A stretch of 64,000 nt of DNA, taken from positions 32,001 to 96,000 of IMG/VR virus record IMGVR_UViG_3300002131_000090, one strand, 5' to 3'. Below, in pieces: positions 17,613 through 28,305 of the stretch (the first letter of the stretch is position 1; each line of letters starts with the position of its first letter). Both the position numbers and the translations under genes were made by a program. The stretch is from a virus. The notes under the pieces are model-generated. The model saw only the letters and a list, made by a program, of their open reading frames with translations. It did not search any database and had not been told where the DNA came from.

Positions 17613-20486
17613 ATGGCTGAAAAAGAATATATCGTAAGTTTAAACAAAGACGTTGATTATGATGCATTTTGGAATCAAATCGAAAATGCTAGCGAAGATG
17701 ACGGATTTGTTCCAACTAGACGAGTCGACATTGTTAACAACAGAGATGGCAGTTTAAGAAGCTGCCATTACAGTTTAACAGACGAAGAAGCGGCAACACT
17801 AGCAAATGATCCTAGAGTCTACAGTGTAGAAATTCCACCAGATCAACGTGATGATATAGAAATTGGACACCACGCTGTACAAAGCGGTACTTGGACCAAA
17901 GACGGCACTATAAGAAGTACAGACTTAAACTGGGGCATGATACGAGGGGCTTATAGCGAAGATAAATGGAATGCTGCAACCAGTATTGCTGCTGAGTTTC
18001 CTTATGTATTAACAGGCAAAGGTGTTGACGTTGTTATACAGGACAGCGGACTAAGTGTTGATCATCCTGAATTCCTTATGGAAGATACTGCCGAATATAC
18101 AAGTACAGCAGTAGCAAGCGATAGTTCAAACGGAGCAGTGTTTGATAGAAGTTTAACAGTACACGGTATAAAAATTGTAGTAGCTGGAGCAGTGGGCGGA
18201 CAACTAACAGTTCCAGCTTTTTGGGCAGAAAAAACAGCAAAGGTTATCCAACTGTTAATTAGTCCAACAGGTACACATATTAATCTAACAGATCAAAAAA
18301 AACTGATAGCAACTCTAAAAGGTGACGCTGGCACAACACACGCTGGTGTACCCGCGGCTCAAAGGATTGGCTACGGAGGTGGTGACAGTTACGATCCTAA
18401 TTGGTTAACAGATGATGGTGCGGCACAGTACGCAGGATACACAGACTTTTTAGACAGTCATGCAGTTAATGACATGGTATGGTATTTAAATACATCAGGA
18501 CCATCACCTTCTACTAGTGATAGAGACATTGAAGAAATTATGGAACACTTGTTCCACACAATACATAACTTTGGTATTCCAGGAGCAGTGGGCGATAGTG
18601 CTACACAAGTTCCAATGGACATGCTACTTTTTATTATGCAAGAAAATCCTAGTTTCTCTTGGACAACGACAGCATTACATCTTGCTATGAAAGAAGCTAT
18701 TGACGCAGGGTTATATGACCCTAGTGGATACGCGACAGATTGGGCAACAGATTATGAAGCGGCAGTTGTAGCATATAAAGAGTACACATATTTGGTCAAC
18801 TGGTCAATGTGGGATATGAGTCAATTCTGGGATGGAGGAAGCCTTTCACCTGAATGGGATGACTCATTAAAAACACGAGCAGGTATGAAAGCTAATAACC
18901 CATTAGGTTATGCTTTGTTTATTAAATATTTCCAACCTGTTTTATCAAAACCTAGCTTTACTACACTCCAAGCAATATTTCAAGATAATGATGCTGGCGA
19001 TTCACAGTATCAAATAAGCAATTCTGGGTATTATAGAGTACAACAAATTGATTGGTACGAAGAAAGCAGTATAATCGGCACACAAAACGCTAACCATTAT
19101 AGAGACTATCACGGACACGGATCTCACTGTGCGGGCACTGTAGCGGGTCGTACAATGGGTTGGGCAAAGGATGCTGCTATATACAGTGTGAAAGTTAGCG
19201 GATTAGAAGGCACAGGCGATGCTACAGGTATTAGTATTACTAATTGCTTCGATGTTATTAAACTTTGGCACAGAAATAAACCCATAGATCCAGTAACAGG
19301 ATTTAAACGTCCTACTGTTGTTAATATGAGTTGGGGATATGGATTTTCACCCGGTACAGCAGACCCAACTACAGGTACGTTTAGAGGAACTCCGTGGACA
19401 TACGGACAACCTAGTTTTAGTACATCAAATGAAGTTTGGGCAAACGCAGGTATTCAGCCTGTCCGAGGGTCATCTAGATCGTTTAATAGTCGTGTTGGAT
19501 CAGTTGATATTGATTTAGAAGAATTAATCGACGAGGGTGTACACGTTTGTATTGCTGCCGGCAACAGTTATTATTATATTGCAAGAGAAGGCGACGACGA
19601 CTACGATAACAACGTAGTTGTTAGTGGATCAACACGATATTATCATAGAGGATCGAGCCCATATAGTACCAATGCATTTGCAGTAGGTAATATGGATATA
19701 ACGTATCAAGGTGGACTAGAACACAAAGCCGAGTCAAGTTGCACAGGACCTGGCGTAGACATATATGCTCCGGGTACAAGTATTACCAGTGTAGCCAGCA
19801 CAGACAAAGCAGGTGCTTGCGATTTAACAGATGGCACAGATGCTAGTGTCGCAACTGCAAATAGTCCATTAAATGCGTCTTACAAGCTGATGAAGATATC
19901 TGGTACTAGTATGGCATCGCCTAACGTAGCAGGTATGATTGCTACTATATTAGAAGCTAATCCAGGCATGACACCTGCAGAAATGAAAAAGTTTATACAC
20001 AATAACTCAACCAAAGGGTTGCTGTATGATGAGGCATTTACTATTGATAGACCTATAAATGTTGCTGTTACTAACAACGGAACATCAACTTGGGTTGTAA
20101 CAGGAGACTTTTCAGGCGAAAATGCTACATTTGGATGTCGAATAGGAGATACTATAAACATTATTAACAATGCAAGTTCTGCACATCCATTGTATATAAA
20201 AATATCACAAAATGTACCAGGTACTGGAGCTCAAGCGTTATATGTGACCAATGCAGGGTGCTACGGCGGCGAAATGCTTACGTGGGTTCCGTATGCAGCA
20301 GGTAGTTATTATTTTCAATGCGGAACACACAGTGGTATGATGGGTACAATTGTTGTTTCAGCAAACAATCCAGCTTGGTCAGATCAAGACGCAACCCTTG
20401 GCGGTCCAAATAGAATATTTAAAACACCGTTTAATCGAGATATAACAAGTAAATTTAATGTATCAGGAAACATAGATGTCAAATAA
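17613..20486 (+). CDS. Subtilisin-like (S8) serine protease with a large internal insertion and a C-terminal cupredoxin-like domain
   Basis: Catalytic D (VIQDSG), H (HGSHCAG), oxyanion N (AAGNS), S (GTSMASP); HPLY...YYFQCGTHSGMMG copper-type motif. Confidence 0.85.
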   Translation: MAEKEYIVSLNKDVDYDAFWNQIENASEDDGFVPTRRVDIVNNRDGSLRSCHYSLTDEEAATLANDPRVYSVEIPPDQRDDIEIGHHAVQSGTWTKDGTIRSTDLNWGMIRGAYSEDKWNAATSIAAEFPYVLTGKGVDVVIQDSGLSVDHPEFLMEDTAEYTSTAVASDSSNGAVFDRSLTVHGIKIVVAGAVGGQLTVPAFWAEKTAKVIQLLISPTGTHINLTDQKKLIATLKGDAGTTHAGVPAAQRIGYGGGDSYDPNWLTDDGAAQYAGYTDFLDSHAVNDMVWYLNTSGPSPSTSDRDIEEIMEHLFHTIHNFGIPGAVGDSATQVPMDMLLFIMQENPSFSWTTTALHLAMKEAIDAGLYDPSGYATDWATDYEAAVVAYKEYTYLVNWSMWDMSQFWDGGSLSPEWDDSLKTRAGMKANNPLGYALFIKYFQPVLSKPSFTTLQAIFQDNDAGDSQYQISNSGYYRVQQIDWYEESSIIGTQNANHYRDYHGHGSHCAGTVAGRTMGWAKDAAIYSVKVSGLEGTGDATGISITNCFDVIKLWHRNKPIDPVTGFKRPTVVNMSWGYGFSPGTADPTTGTFRGTPWTYGQPSFSTSNEVWANAGIQPVRGSSRSFNSRVGSVDIDLEELIDEGVHVCIAAGNSYYYIAREGDDDYDNNVVVSGSTRYYHRGSSPYSTNAFAVGNMDITYQGGLEHKAESSCTGPGVDIYAPGTSITSVASTDKAGACDLTDGTDASVATANSPLNASYKLMKISGTSMASPNVAGMIATILEANPGMTPAEMKKFIHNNSTKGLLYDEAFTIDRPINVAVTNNGTSTWVVTGDFSGENATFGCRIGDTINIINNASSAHPLYIKISQNVPGTGAQALYVTNAGCYGGEMLTWVPYAAGSYYFQCGTHSGMMGTIVVSANNPAWSDQDATLGGPNRIFKTPFNRDITSKFNVSGNIDVK

Positions 20487-20489
20487 ATA

Positions 20490-20518
20490 TTGACTTTATT
20501 GCTTTATTGCTATATAAT
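20490..20518 (+). promoter_or_regulatory. Sigma70-type promoter, leaderless configuration
   Basis: TTGACT-17-TATAAT, then 6 nt, then ATG 20525; no SD. Confidence 0.7.
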
Positions 20519-20524
20519 AATAAC

Positions 20525-21409
20525 ATGTTTCAATATACAAAAAATAATCATATAAAATGTTCGTTTTCAAGTGGCATTCTTAACCTTGAACACGGAAAAT
20601 GTAATTCGCATAAATCGTGGCGAGAAGAATGTAAAAGCGTAGCACAAGAGCTTTATGACTTACACGGTAACAAATTAGTTGTTACACTAAGTGGCGGGTT
20701 AGATAGCGAAGTAGTATTACACAGTTTTATTGCTAACGGAATTATTCCAAAGGTAGTTATACTTAGATATGAACGCAATTTAAATCTTCACGATATAAAC
20801 TATGCTTTACGTATATGTGCTGCTAGGCAAATATCACCTAAAATAGTTGACGTAAATGTTTCAGAGTTTTTTAGAACAGACTTATTAAACTATGCTAATA
20901 TTACAAAATGTAGTAGTCCTCAACTAAACTTGTTAATAAATAGTATCGACAATATAGACGGTATTCCTGTTATAGGAGCAGGCGAAAACTATCTTTCTCG
21001 TAAAGAAGGCAAAAAAGAAGTCTACGATTTAGAAGAAGCTAAGATAGCAGCAATTTATAAGTTTTATGAAAATAAACAACGTGAAATAATACCTGCGTTT
21101 TTTCAATATACTCCAGAATTAATGATTAGTTACTTACAAAAAGAAAGTATGTATCGCTGGGTAGAAACTGCTAAACAACAAAAATATATAAACAGTAAAA
21201 AAATTAAACCAAGTATTATTGCTGAAGACTTTGATATTGAACCTAGAGGAAAACTTACAGGGTTTGAACTTATAGACGAACTTGAAAGGCATCAACGATC
21301 TGTGCTAACTAATGAAAATTTAGGTGATGATGGAGAACAATGGACTAATTTTGAAGATTATATTAAAGAATTTGGTGTTGATTTATTAAGAGATATAAAC
21401 TATGTCTAA
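20525..21409 (+). CDS. PP-loop (N-type ATP pyrophosphatase) family protein
   Basis: VTLSGGLDSE motif; probable start ATG 20525. Confidence 0.65.
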   Translation: MFQYTKNNHIKCSFSSGILNLEHGKCNSHKSWREECKSVAQELYDLHGNKLVVTLSGGLDSEVVLHSFIANGIIPKVVILRYERNLNLHDINYALRICAARQISPKIVDVNVSEFFRTDLLNYANITKCSSPQLNLLINSIDNIDGIPVIGAGENYLSRKEGKKEVYDLEEAKIAAIYKFYENKQREIIPAFFQYTPELMISYLQKESMYRWVETAKQQKYINSKKIKPSIIAEDFDIEPRGKLTGFELIDELERHQRSVLTNENLGDDGEQWTNFEDYIKEFGVDLLRDINYV

Positions 21410-21938
21410 ACACAAACTTATTAAATTTTTAAATAAAAAAAATATTTCATTAGGATTAAGTAACAATACAACCGATCTACGTCCTGTAGAAAATGTAGGA
21501 TATGGAAGATTTGCTACACAAAATATAAACGAAGATGAAATCATTTATCGTGCAGGCGGTATGTGGATAACCGATGAAGAAAGAAATTGTTATGAACAAG
21601 ATTACTTCCATTTAGTTGAAGGATGTTGTTTTTTTCAAGGTGGATTAAAGTATTATCTTAATGGATGTCATAATCATAGTTGTGAACCTAATGCTTACGT
21701 ACAAGAAAATATTATACGTGCATTAAAAGATATTAAGAAAGATGAACAAATTACTATCGACTATGCTAGTTTTATTGATCACGGGTATACTATTTTAGCA
21801 GAGTGTAATTGCGGTAGCAACACATGTAGAAATCACATTACAGGTAATGACTGGCAGTTGTATAATCTACCATTAAAATATAACTATAGGGTTAGCGGTA
21901 GTATACTTAGAAAGTGGCTACTTTCTCAAAAAACTTAA
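21402..21938 (+). CDS. SET-domain protein with a post-SET Cys motif
   Basis: GYGRFA, NHSCEPN, ITIDY, CNCGSNTCR. Confidence 0.85.
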   Translation: MSKHKLIKFLNKKNISLGLSNNTTDLRPVENVGYGRFATQNINEDEIIYRAGGMWITDEERNCYEQDYFHLVEGCCFFQGGLKYYLNGCHNHSCEPNAYVQENIIRALKDIKKDEQITIDYASFIDHGYTILAECNCGSNTCRNHITGNDWQLYNLPLKYNYRVSGSILRKWLLSQKT

Positions 21939-22956
21939 TATAGTTTTTGGCATTGGCTGTAAACATTGGAACAAACAACAATACATCATTATGCTGCCTA
22001 ATTAAGTATCCTTCTTTTTGTAGTTCTCTACGAACATAAATTCCGTCATTAACTTTTATTCCAAAAACTAATCCACGATTAGTATAATCTAAATTGTATT
22101 TTTTTAACTGTGTTATAAATTGCTCCTGTGTATTTTTATTATTAACAGTATTTAATAACTCAATTGTTTTTAGTAAAGTTTGACAAGCAATAGGGTGTCC
22201 AGACATAGTATACCCATGCGAAAAAACACTGTCTGTATTTTTTATATAATTACCTATACTTTCATTTACCATCACAGCACTTAGAGGAAAAAGTCCGTTG
22301 GTTAGTCCTTTACTGGTTATAAGTATATCCGGTTTCCAATCAAAGCTATAGTCTGCTCTTCCAAGGCCGGTTACAGTTTCGTCAAATATTATATTAAAGT
22401 TGTATAGTTTTTTTAACTCAAATAACTGCTGTAACACTTCAGTATCAAACTCTATAACACCTTTTGTGACCATCATTGGTTCTATTAAAACTGCGCTTGT
22501 TTGGTTGTTTACAGCGTCTACAAGCGTCTTGTAGCTATCAAAAACTTGTGCTTGTGTGTTAGATCCATGATAAGCGTCTTTGTACGCTAGTACGTTAGAT
22601 TTACTGTTATAATACTTACTAATATAAATTGCACTATCAATAGCATCGCTGCCACTATGCCCAAAGAATACTCTATTATATCCAAAGTGTTCGCATATTG
22701 TTTTAGCAGCAAGTTCGGTAACATCGGTACTACTCCAAAAATGTGTAGGATAGAAATGTATATCAGTATTAAAAGAATCAGCATAACTAGGATTATTATA
22801 TCCGAAGTTTACATTCCATAATCCACTATTACAATCAAAGTATTGTTTACCGTCTTTATTGTAAACTATATCGTTGTTTCCTGAAACAAATATTTCAGGA
22901 TCTGTAAATCTACTATGATTAGTATACGAGAATATTTGATTAGACATTAAACTCAT
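21907..22956 (-). CDS. Class III PLP aminotransferase (compact)
   Basis: GLWNVNFGY, SGSDA, YHG, IEP, FDETVTGLGR, SKGL, HGYTMSGHP. Confidence 0.9.
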   Translation of the reverse strand: MSLMSNQIFSYTNHSRFTDPEIFVSGNNDIVYNKDGKQYFDCNSGLWNVNFGYNNPSYADSFNTDIHFYPTHFWSSTDVTELAAKTICEHFGYNRVFFGHSGSDAIDSAIYISKYYNSKSNVLAYKDAYHGSNTQAQVFDSYKTLVDAVNNQTSAVLIEPMMVTKGVIEFDTEVLQQLFELKKLYNFNIIFDETVTGLGRADYSFDWKPDILITSKGLTNGLFPLSAVMVNESIGNYIKNTDSVFSHGYTMSGHPIACQTLLKTIELLNTVNNKNTQEQFITQLKKYNLDYTNRGLVFGIKVNDGIYVRRELQKEGYLIRQHNDVLLFVPMFTANAKNYIKFFEKVATF

Positions 22957-23572
22957 CTATTGTATTTTCAATACAATTTCCTATTAAAAAGATAGTGTCG
23001 CACCCTTCTCCTGTTATAACACTATGCGTATATTTTGGATCAAATATAAATGCATCACCTTCGTTGATTATTAGCTTATTGTTGTCATAGGTAAATTCCG
23101 AATGTTTGTGATTTTTACTAATACATTGAACATATCTCAATGGACTATTTTTATCAACATGCATCGGTGTCTCGTGTGGCCCTTTATGAATACTATACCA
23201 CAGATACATAAAATTACGAGTTTTACAAGTACTATAGTATTTCTTTTTGTCGGCAATACTTTCATGACTAACACTATGAAGAGGCACAGTTTTATATCCG
23301 TTTTCAGCTAATACTGTACCATCGGCTCCTGTATGTAAAGTTGTTGTATATGCTGTTTTACCTAAAAATTTATAACTAGGCGTCCAGATATATTCCGCAG
23401 TGGTATTTTTTTCTTTGATGTTCTGATTCTCATCACTATATATAGTAATCATAATAAAGTCGTGTATTACACTGCTAAAAACTTTGTGCAGCTCATGATT
23501 AATTTGTGTATCAAATACGTGTTTAAAATAGATTGGATCAAACAGCGGCTTAATAAATTTTATATTGTTCAT
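22940..23572 (-). CDS. Cupin / 2OG-Fe(II) oxygenase-like protein
   Basis: PMHVD...GDAFIFD...HSV. Confidence 0.6.
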   Translation of the reverse strand: MNNIKFIKPLFDPIYFKHVFDTQINHELHKVFSSVIHDFIMITIYSDENQNIKEKNTTAEYIWTPSYKFLGKTAYTTTLHTGADGTVLAENGYKTVPLHSVSHESIADKKKYYSTCKTRNFMYLWYSIHKGPHETPMHVDKNSPLRYVQCISKNHKHSEFTYDNNKLIINEGDAFIFDPKYTHSVITGEGCDTIFLIGNCIENTIDEFNV

Positions 23573-25335
23573 AGTTTAATAGGTACCTGACTATTTCTCT
23601 GATCTCCGTCTATTGGATACATCCAACTAGTGTTGTATGTCATATTTCCTGTAAGATCGTTGTGTTTTATTAATCCGAGGTGATACTTACCGATCCATTC
23701 AATATTTGATTTATAAACATAGTCAGGTACTATTCCAGAACATAGTGCATCTGTAGCTTCATGATGATTTAATCCAAAACTACGGAGTCTCGGATATGCC
23801 CAAAAACTTACATTATAGTCAGCATGTCTTTCAAACTGTGTTCGAGGATGGGTTTCCATTATAGTTTCCCATCTTAACGCAATTTCTTTAGCTTTAGTTA
23901 AATCCATAGTACCGTGTCTCCAATAGTATTCGGGATCCCATCTTACTTCTTGTATTCCAAATTTGTCAGACTTGTCACTAAAAGCATTGCTTGTACGTCC
24001 ACCAGCATCTGATATGAAAAGTATTTCGTATTGTGCTTTATCAATAACTTGTTGATTAAGTAACCAATCAGCAGTATCCATTAAACTTTCTTCAGTTTCG
24101 CCAGGAAGCCCTACTATAAAACTAGTAAGTATAAAGATTTCGTCTCCTGCCGTTTTGCGAATCCACTCTAGTATTCCTTTGATTTTTTCAGGGTCTAAAC
24201 CTTTACCGGCAATTTTTGCTGCTGTATGATTAAATGTTTCAACGCCAAGGAACATACCTCTACATCCCATGTCTAGCATTTTATCTAACATTTGTGGAAA
24301 TTTGTAAAACATATCCGGTCTAGTATAAGCAATCCACTCGATCTTAAACGGCAAGCTACTAATAACATCATGCATCATATTAATTTTTGCCATACTGTCA
24401 TTTACAGTGTCATCAGTTAATTGATATCCTGTAGTACCAAATGTTTTATAATTATAAATTAATTCTCTTCTTAAACATTCAGCACTTTTAATAACTGTTC
24501 CACTATGATCATAGAAACAGAACTTACATCCAAATCTACAACCTTTTGATATTTCTAATGGAAGCCATTCTCCCGGCTGTACACTATCTAACGGTAACCA
24601 TTTTGTTTGTGTAACTATTGCACCTTTACCTGCTAATGCCGGTTCGTTAATAAATGTCACTCCGTCTTTTATGCGTACTTGAGACGGATTTAATTTTCCG
24701 TTTAAAAAGTCAACAATTGTACTTTCGCTATATCCATGAAAAGCATAATCAACATAATCTATCATTGCTTTAGGCAATATCTTACCTATTTTGCTATGTA
24801 CAAAGTGCTGTTTATATATTGTATCTACTAACGCTCCGCCTATTATTATTTTTGCGTTTGGCGCACGACGTTTTAATTCCTTAAACCATTCGCAACATTC
24901 TTCATGACTAAAATGCCATAAATTAAATTTTCCTTGAGTAGGATTAAAAGGATTATTTAAAAACGTTAAACTTAAAGCAACATACTCAGTATCTGGTGTT
25001 ACTAACTGTTCAAAGAAATCAAAGAAGTTATCTAGTTTAGTAAAATAATCAAAAACTATTGCTTCGTACGTTGTGTGTTCTCTAATATTACTAGCTACAG
25101 TATAAGGCCCCATGTACCTAGTCCAGAAGTTGTACTTACTACTACCTAAATATTTGCCACCTACATAGTTAGTATTTTTAACTGATATCTCAAAACCTGT
25201 TTTGCTATTAACATCCTTGAAGGCACTGCGATACATGTCTTCACGTTCATCTTTTTCAAGAAAGTGCGATCTAAATTTTGTACCACCAGTTCCTCTTACA
25301 TCGTAAATGTCACTTAATATTATTATTCTACTCAT
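23569..25335 (-). CDS. B12-binding-type radical SAM enzyme
   Basis: LEISKGCRFGCKFC, IIIGG, DDT, GVET, IVGLPGET. Confidence 0.85.
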   Translation of the reverse strand: MSRIIILSDIYDVRGTGGTKFRSHFLEKDEREDMYRSAFKDVNSKTGFEISVKNTNYVGGKYLGSSKYNFWTRYMGPYTVASNIREHTTYEAIVFDYFTKLDNFFDFFEQLVTPDTEYVALSLTFLNNPFNPTQGKFNLWHFSHEECCEWFKELKRRAPNAKIIIGGALVDTIYKQHFVHSKIGKILPKAMIDYVDYAFHGYSESTIVDFLNGKLNPSQVRIKDGVTFINEPALAGKGAIVTQTKWLPLDSVQPGEWLPLEISKGCRFGCKFCFYDHSGTVIKSAECLRRELIYNYKTFGTTGYQLTDDTVNDSMAKINMMHDVISSLPFKIEWIAYTRPDMFYKFPQMLDKMLDMGCRGMFLGVETFNHTAAKIAGKGLDPEKIKGILEWIRKTAGDEIFILTSFIVGLPGETEESLMDTADWLLNQQVIDKAQYEILFISDAGGRTSNAFSDKSDKFGIQEVRWDPEYYWRHGTMDLTKAKEIALRWETIMETHPRTQFERHADYNVSFWAYPRLRSFGLNHHEATDALCSGIVPDYVYKSNIEWIGKYHLGLIKHNDLTGNMTYNTSWMYPIDGDQRNSQVPIKL

Positions 25336-26866
25336 ATAAGTTATTTTTCCTCAAGTATTCATTTGCTATTTTTTTATAACTATCAGCGTGTTGTTTAATC
25401 CAAGTAGTATTATACTTATTAGCATTTATTAGTTCATTATGCGTAAATCCTAGGTTACTACATCTACTGTAACCCAAGTAGGATGTCATAATGCGTTTTT
25501 GCCAAGCAGGACTCTTTTGTGCTTCTTCTATAATATTTATCATAGCAGTTTTTGTCATGTCTCCGTTTTGCCATTCCTCGACATATATACCTTTATCATT
25601 AGGCTCAAGTATTACATCGTATCCGTATGTCTTAGGATCCTTTTGTATTTTACTATAATCAATGGTATATGCCTTGTTAGGATCATATCCACCTATGTAC
25701 AACGGAGTTATTTCCCAAGCATTGAGCCAAGGTTGTGATCCAATCCAGTCTACTAACGCTTGGCACGTTTGTAATGTTTCACCTGGCAGTCCTAAAATAA
25801 ATCCGCTGCCCATTACAATACTATCGCCCCAGCTATCTCTACATTTTTGTAAAGCACTTTCAATAATATTTTTACGTGTAACTTTACCTATCAACGGACC
25901 TACAGCATCAGTTACAGTTTCGATACCCCATTGAATACTACGACAACCGCTTTCGGATATCATGTTAATCATTTCAGGTTTTTGATACAGTAAGTCTAAT
26001 CGACCAAATCCTGTCCAAGTAATATCAAATGGTAAGCTAGTAAACACACGATGTATCATAGACATCTTTTCCATATTTTCATTTATTTGAAAATCTGTTA
26101 ACATGTAGTGAGTTGTGCCAAACTTATCGTGGTTTTCTAATAACACGTTGCGTAGATGCGTTTCATCTAATGTCCAACTGTTTACTGCTTTTTTAGGATA
26201 ATCACAAAACGCACACTTAAACGGGCAGCCTCTACTTATTTCTAGTGGTAGTGCTTCACCTGGAAATATAAAGTCGCTTTCGTCCCAATGGATTTTACTA
26301 AACTTAAACTCTTTCTCGGTTATACTTCCGTAATCAGATTCACTCTTAATCTTAAGAGGTACTGTTTTATTACTTTGCAAATCTGTAAGTAATCCAATAA
26401 TACTACGATCGGCCATTCCGCCTACCCAATAATCAACCATTGGATATCTTTTTTGTAGTGCTTGTTTTTGAGCAACTTTTTGTCCACCAACGACAATACG
26501 TATCTGAGGATGTTTATTTTTTGCGTAATCAAACCACTGTGTTATTTCATCTTGCGGAAACGGAAAATATACATTCCACATATTGCTTTTGCGTGTTCTA
26601 CTATCAGCGCTCCAATGTGTTTCCCAGTCTTCCGGCATTAGTGTACTGAAGTGTGTACTACTAAACCCTAGAAATACAGTGTCGTTACTTACATACAAGT
26701 CAATAGCACGTTTAAATCGTTCATAGTTAAAATGACTAAAGAAGTCTATAACTTTAACACAATAACCGTTTTCACGTAATCTACTAGCCACAGTATATGC
26801 GCCGGCATCTCGACCCCAGCCGATACTTCCATTACATTCTGTGAATAGTACTACATCATAATTCAT
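25328..26866 (-). CDS. B12-binding-type radical SAM enzyme
   Basis: RDAGAYTVASRLR..GYCVKVIDF; LEISRGCPFKCAFC; GIET; ILGLPGET. Confidence 0.88.
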   Translation of the reverse strand: MNYDVVLFTECNGSIGWGRDAGAYTVASRLRENGYCVKVIDFFSHFNYERFKRAIDLYVSNDTVFLGFSSTHFSTLMPEDWETHWSADSRTRKSNMWNVYFPFPQDEITQWFDYAKNKHPQIRIVVGGQKVAQKQALQKRYPMVDYWVGGMADRSIIGLLTDLQSNKTVPLKIKSESDYGSITEKEFKFSKIHWDESDFIFPGEALPLEISRGCPFKCAFCDYPKKAVNSWTLDETHLRNVLLENHDKFGTTHYMLTDFQINENMEKMSMIHRVFTSLPFDITWTGFGRLDLLYQKPEMINMISESGCRSIQWGIETVTDAVGPLIGKVTRKNIIESALQKCRDSWGDSIVMGSGFILGLPGETLQTCQALVDWIGSQPWLNAWEITPLYIGGYDPNKAYTIDYSKIQKDPKTYGYDVILEPNDKGIYVEEWQNGDMTKTAMINIIEEAQKSPAWQKRIMTSYLGYSRCSNLGFTHNELINANKYNTTWIKQHADSYKKIANEYLRKNNLYE

Positions 26867-27306
26867 AATTCTTTAATCACGTAACAATTTAATTCACTAG
26901 TTTCAGTTTTAAAGAAGTCACTTGTTTGTTCAAACCCGGCATTTAAATAAGTTTTTAACGCTGTTTTTCTCGGTAGACTCCAACAATACTTTTTATTTTC
27001 TTTAACCGCTAACTGTATTGTATATTCCAATAATAGTTTGCCTATATTATTATTTCTATATTCAGGCATTACATACAACCCTCTACTTCTATAATGTATT
27101 CTACTAGTAGCATGTCCACTATTAACACCTACTACAGTGTTATCAATTATATATCCAAAAAACGTAGGGACGTAATTTTTTAATATGCCTTTATATGCAA
27201 TATCATTATAACGCATAGTACTCATAGGCATTATAATAGCACGATTGGGCCAGAGATATTTCTGCCAAAATTCATAAACTGTTTCATAGTCAAGTTCCTT
27301 AATCAT
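26863..27306 (-). CDS. GNAT acetyltransferase
   Basis: LYVMPEYRNNNIGKLL motif A; YLNAGF motif B. Confidence 0.85.
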   Translation of the reverse strand: MIKELDYETVYEFWQKYLWPNRAIIMPMSTMRYNDIAYKGILKNYVPTFFGYIIDNTVVGVNSGHATSRIHYRSRGLYVMPEYRNNNIGKLLLEYTIQLAVKENKKYCWSLPRKTALKTYLNAGFEQTSDFFKTETSELNCYVIKEL

Positions 27307-28300
27307 ATTGATCTCCTACAATAACGTGTTTTGGAACTAGATATTGATAAATTTTATTTGCACCTTGATTAAATGTATTTCCGCTTGCACCTACTCCACT
27401 ATGAGGCATTTCGATCGGAGTAGTCATAGGCTTATTTACAAATATATTTCCCCAACGAGCGTGTTGTGATACAAATCTTTGTGTTTTTAACTCCGTTGTA
27501 TATAGGTGTAACCCTAATCTATTTGGAAGTTGATTTATTTGCTTTATTAACTCTTGTAGATTATCGTATTGACTCATAGTTGCTTCTGGTCTGAAGTGAT
27601 CAATGTTTGTGAGTTGTTGTTCTTTGACACAATTTAGATTTTCAATTAACTGCGCAAACAAATTACGTTTACAAAAAATGTGTTTAGGACTGGTACAATC
27701 GGCGCCGCCATTATATTTAATACTCCAATCTAGGCTGTTAGCAATAAAACTAATATTGCCGTCATTAACAATAGCAACACTTGCTCCACCTATATCAGCA
27801 ATTACATCATTATGATGTTGTTTAAAAAAATCTGCCGTTGTTTTACTACCAGTAATATCAATAAAGTCATATATGCTAAAGTCAACAGTGTCAACTACAT
27901 TAACTTGTACTTTATTTTTCCAATTAGAAAATATAAATGGTACACTTCCTTTGTTTTTAGGATTTAACTTTACATCAATAGTACAACCAGCAGCAATAGC
28001 CGGAGCAATCTTCCACATAGCAATAACTAATGGATAATTCCACGGTACAACTCCTAGACAATGACCTTTTGGCTCATAACGCATGCTACTAGTACAAGTG
28101 TTATAATACTCATCTTGCGGAGGTGCTGTTATTGTTCGGGAAACACCAGCATAAAAATTGCAGATATCAATTGCAGTATTTACATCAAAATCTGCGTTGT
28201 TTTTAAAGTCAGTTGTTTCGAGCTTAACTATTTTTTTAAAGTTATCTTGTATAAACTTAGATAAAGAGAAAAGAGTATTTTGACGATCTTGTGGTTTCAT
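27299..28300 (-). CDS. Aldehyde dehydrogenase-family protein (shortened)
   Basis: PWNYPL..WKIAPAIAAGC, TGS, DIGG, catalytic Cys (GADCTS), MPHSGVGASG. Confidence 0.85.
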   Translation of the reverse strand: MKPQDRQNTLFSLSKFIQDNFKKIVKLETTDFKNNADFDVNTAIDICNFYAGVSRTITAPPQDEYYNTCTSSMRYEPKGHCLGVVPWNYPLVIAMWKIAPAIAAGCTIDVKLNPKNKGSVPFIFSNWKNKVQVNVVDTVDFSIYDFIDITGSKTTADFFKQHHNDVIADIGGASVAIVNDGNISFIANSLDWSIKYNGGADCTSPKHIFCKRNLFAQLIENLNCVKEQQLTNIDHFRPEATMSQYDNLQELIKQINQLPNRLGLHLYTTELKTQRFVSQHARWGNIFVNKPMTTPIEMPHSGVGASGNTFNQGANKIYQYLVPKHVIVGDQYD

Positions 28301-28305
28301 AACTT

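Noticed and set aside
20525-21409. Calling the SGGLDS protein QueC to complete the preQ0 pathway
   Set aside because: It lacks the C-terminal Zn-binding Cys cluster and other QueC motifs; SGGxDS is common to many PP-loop families.
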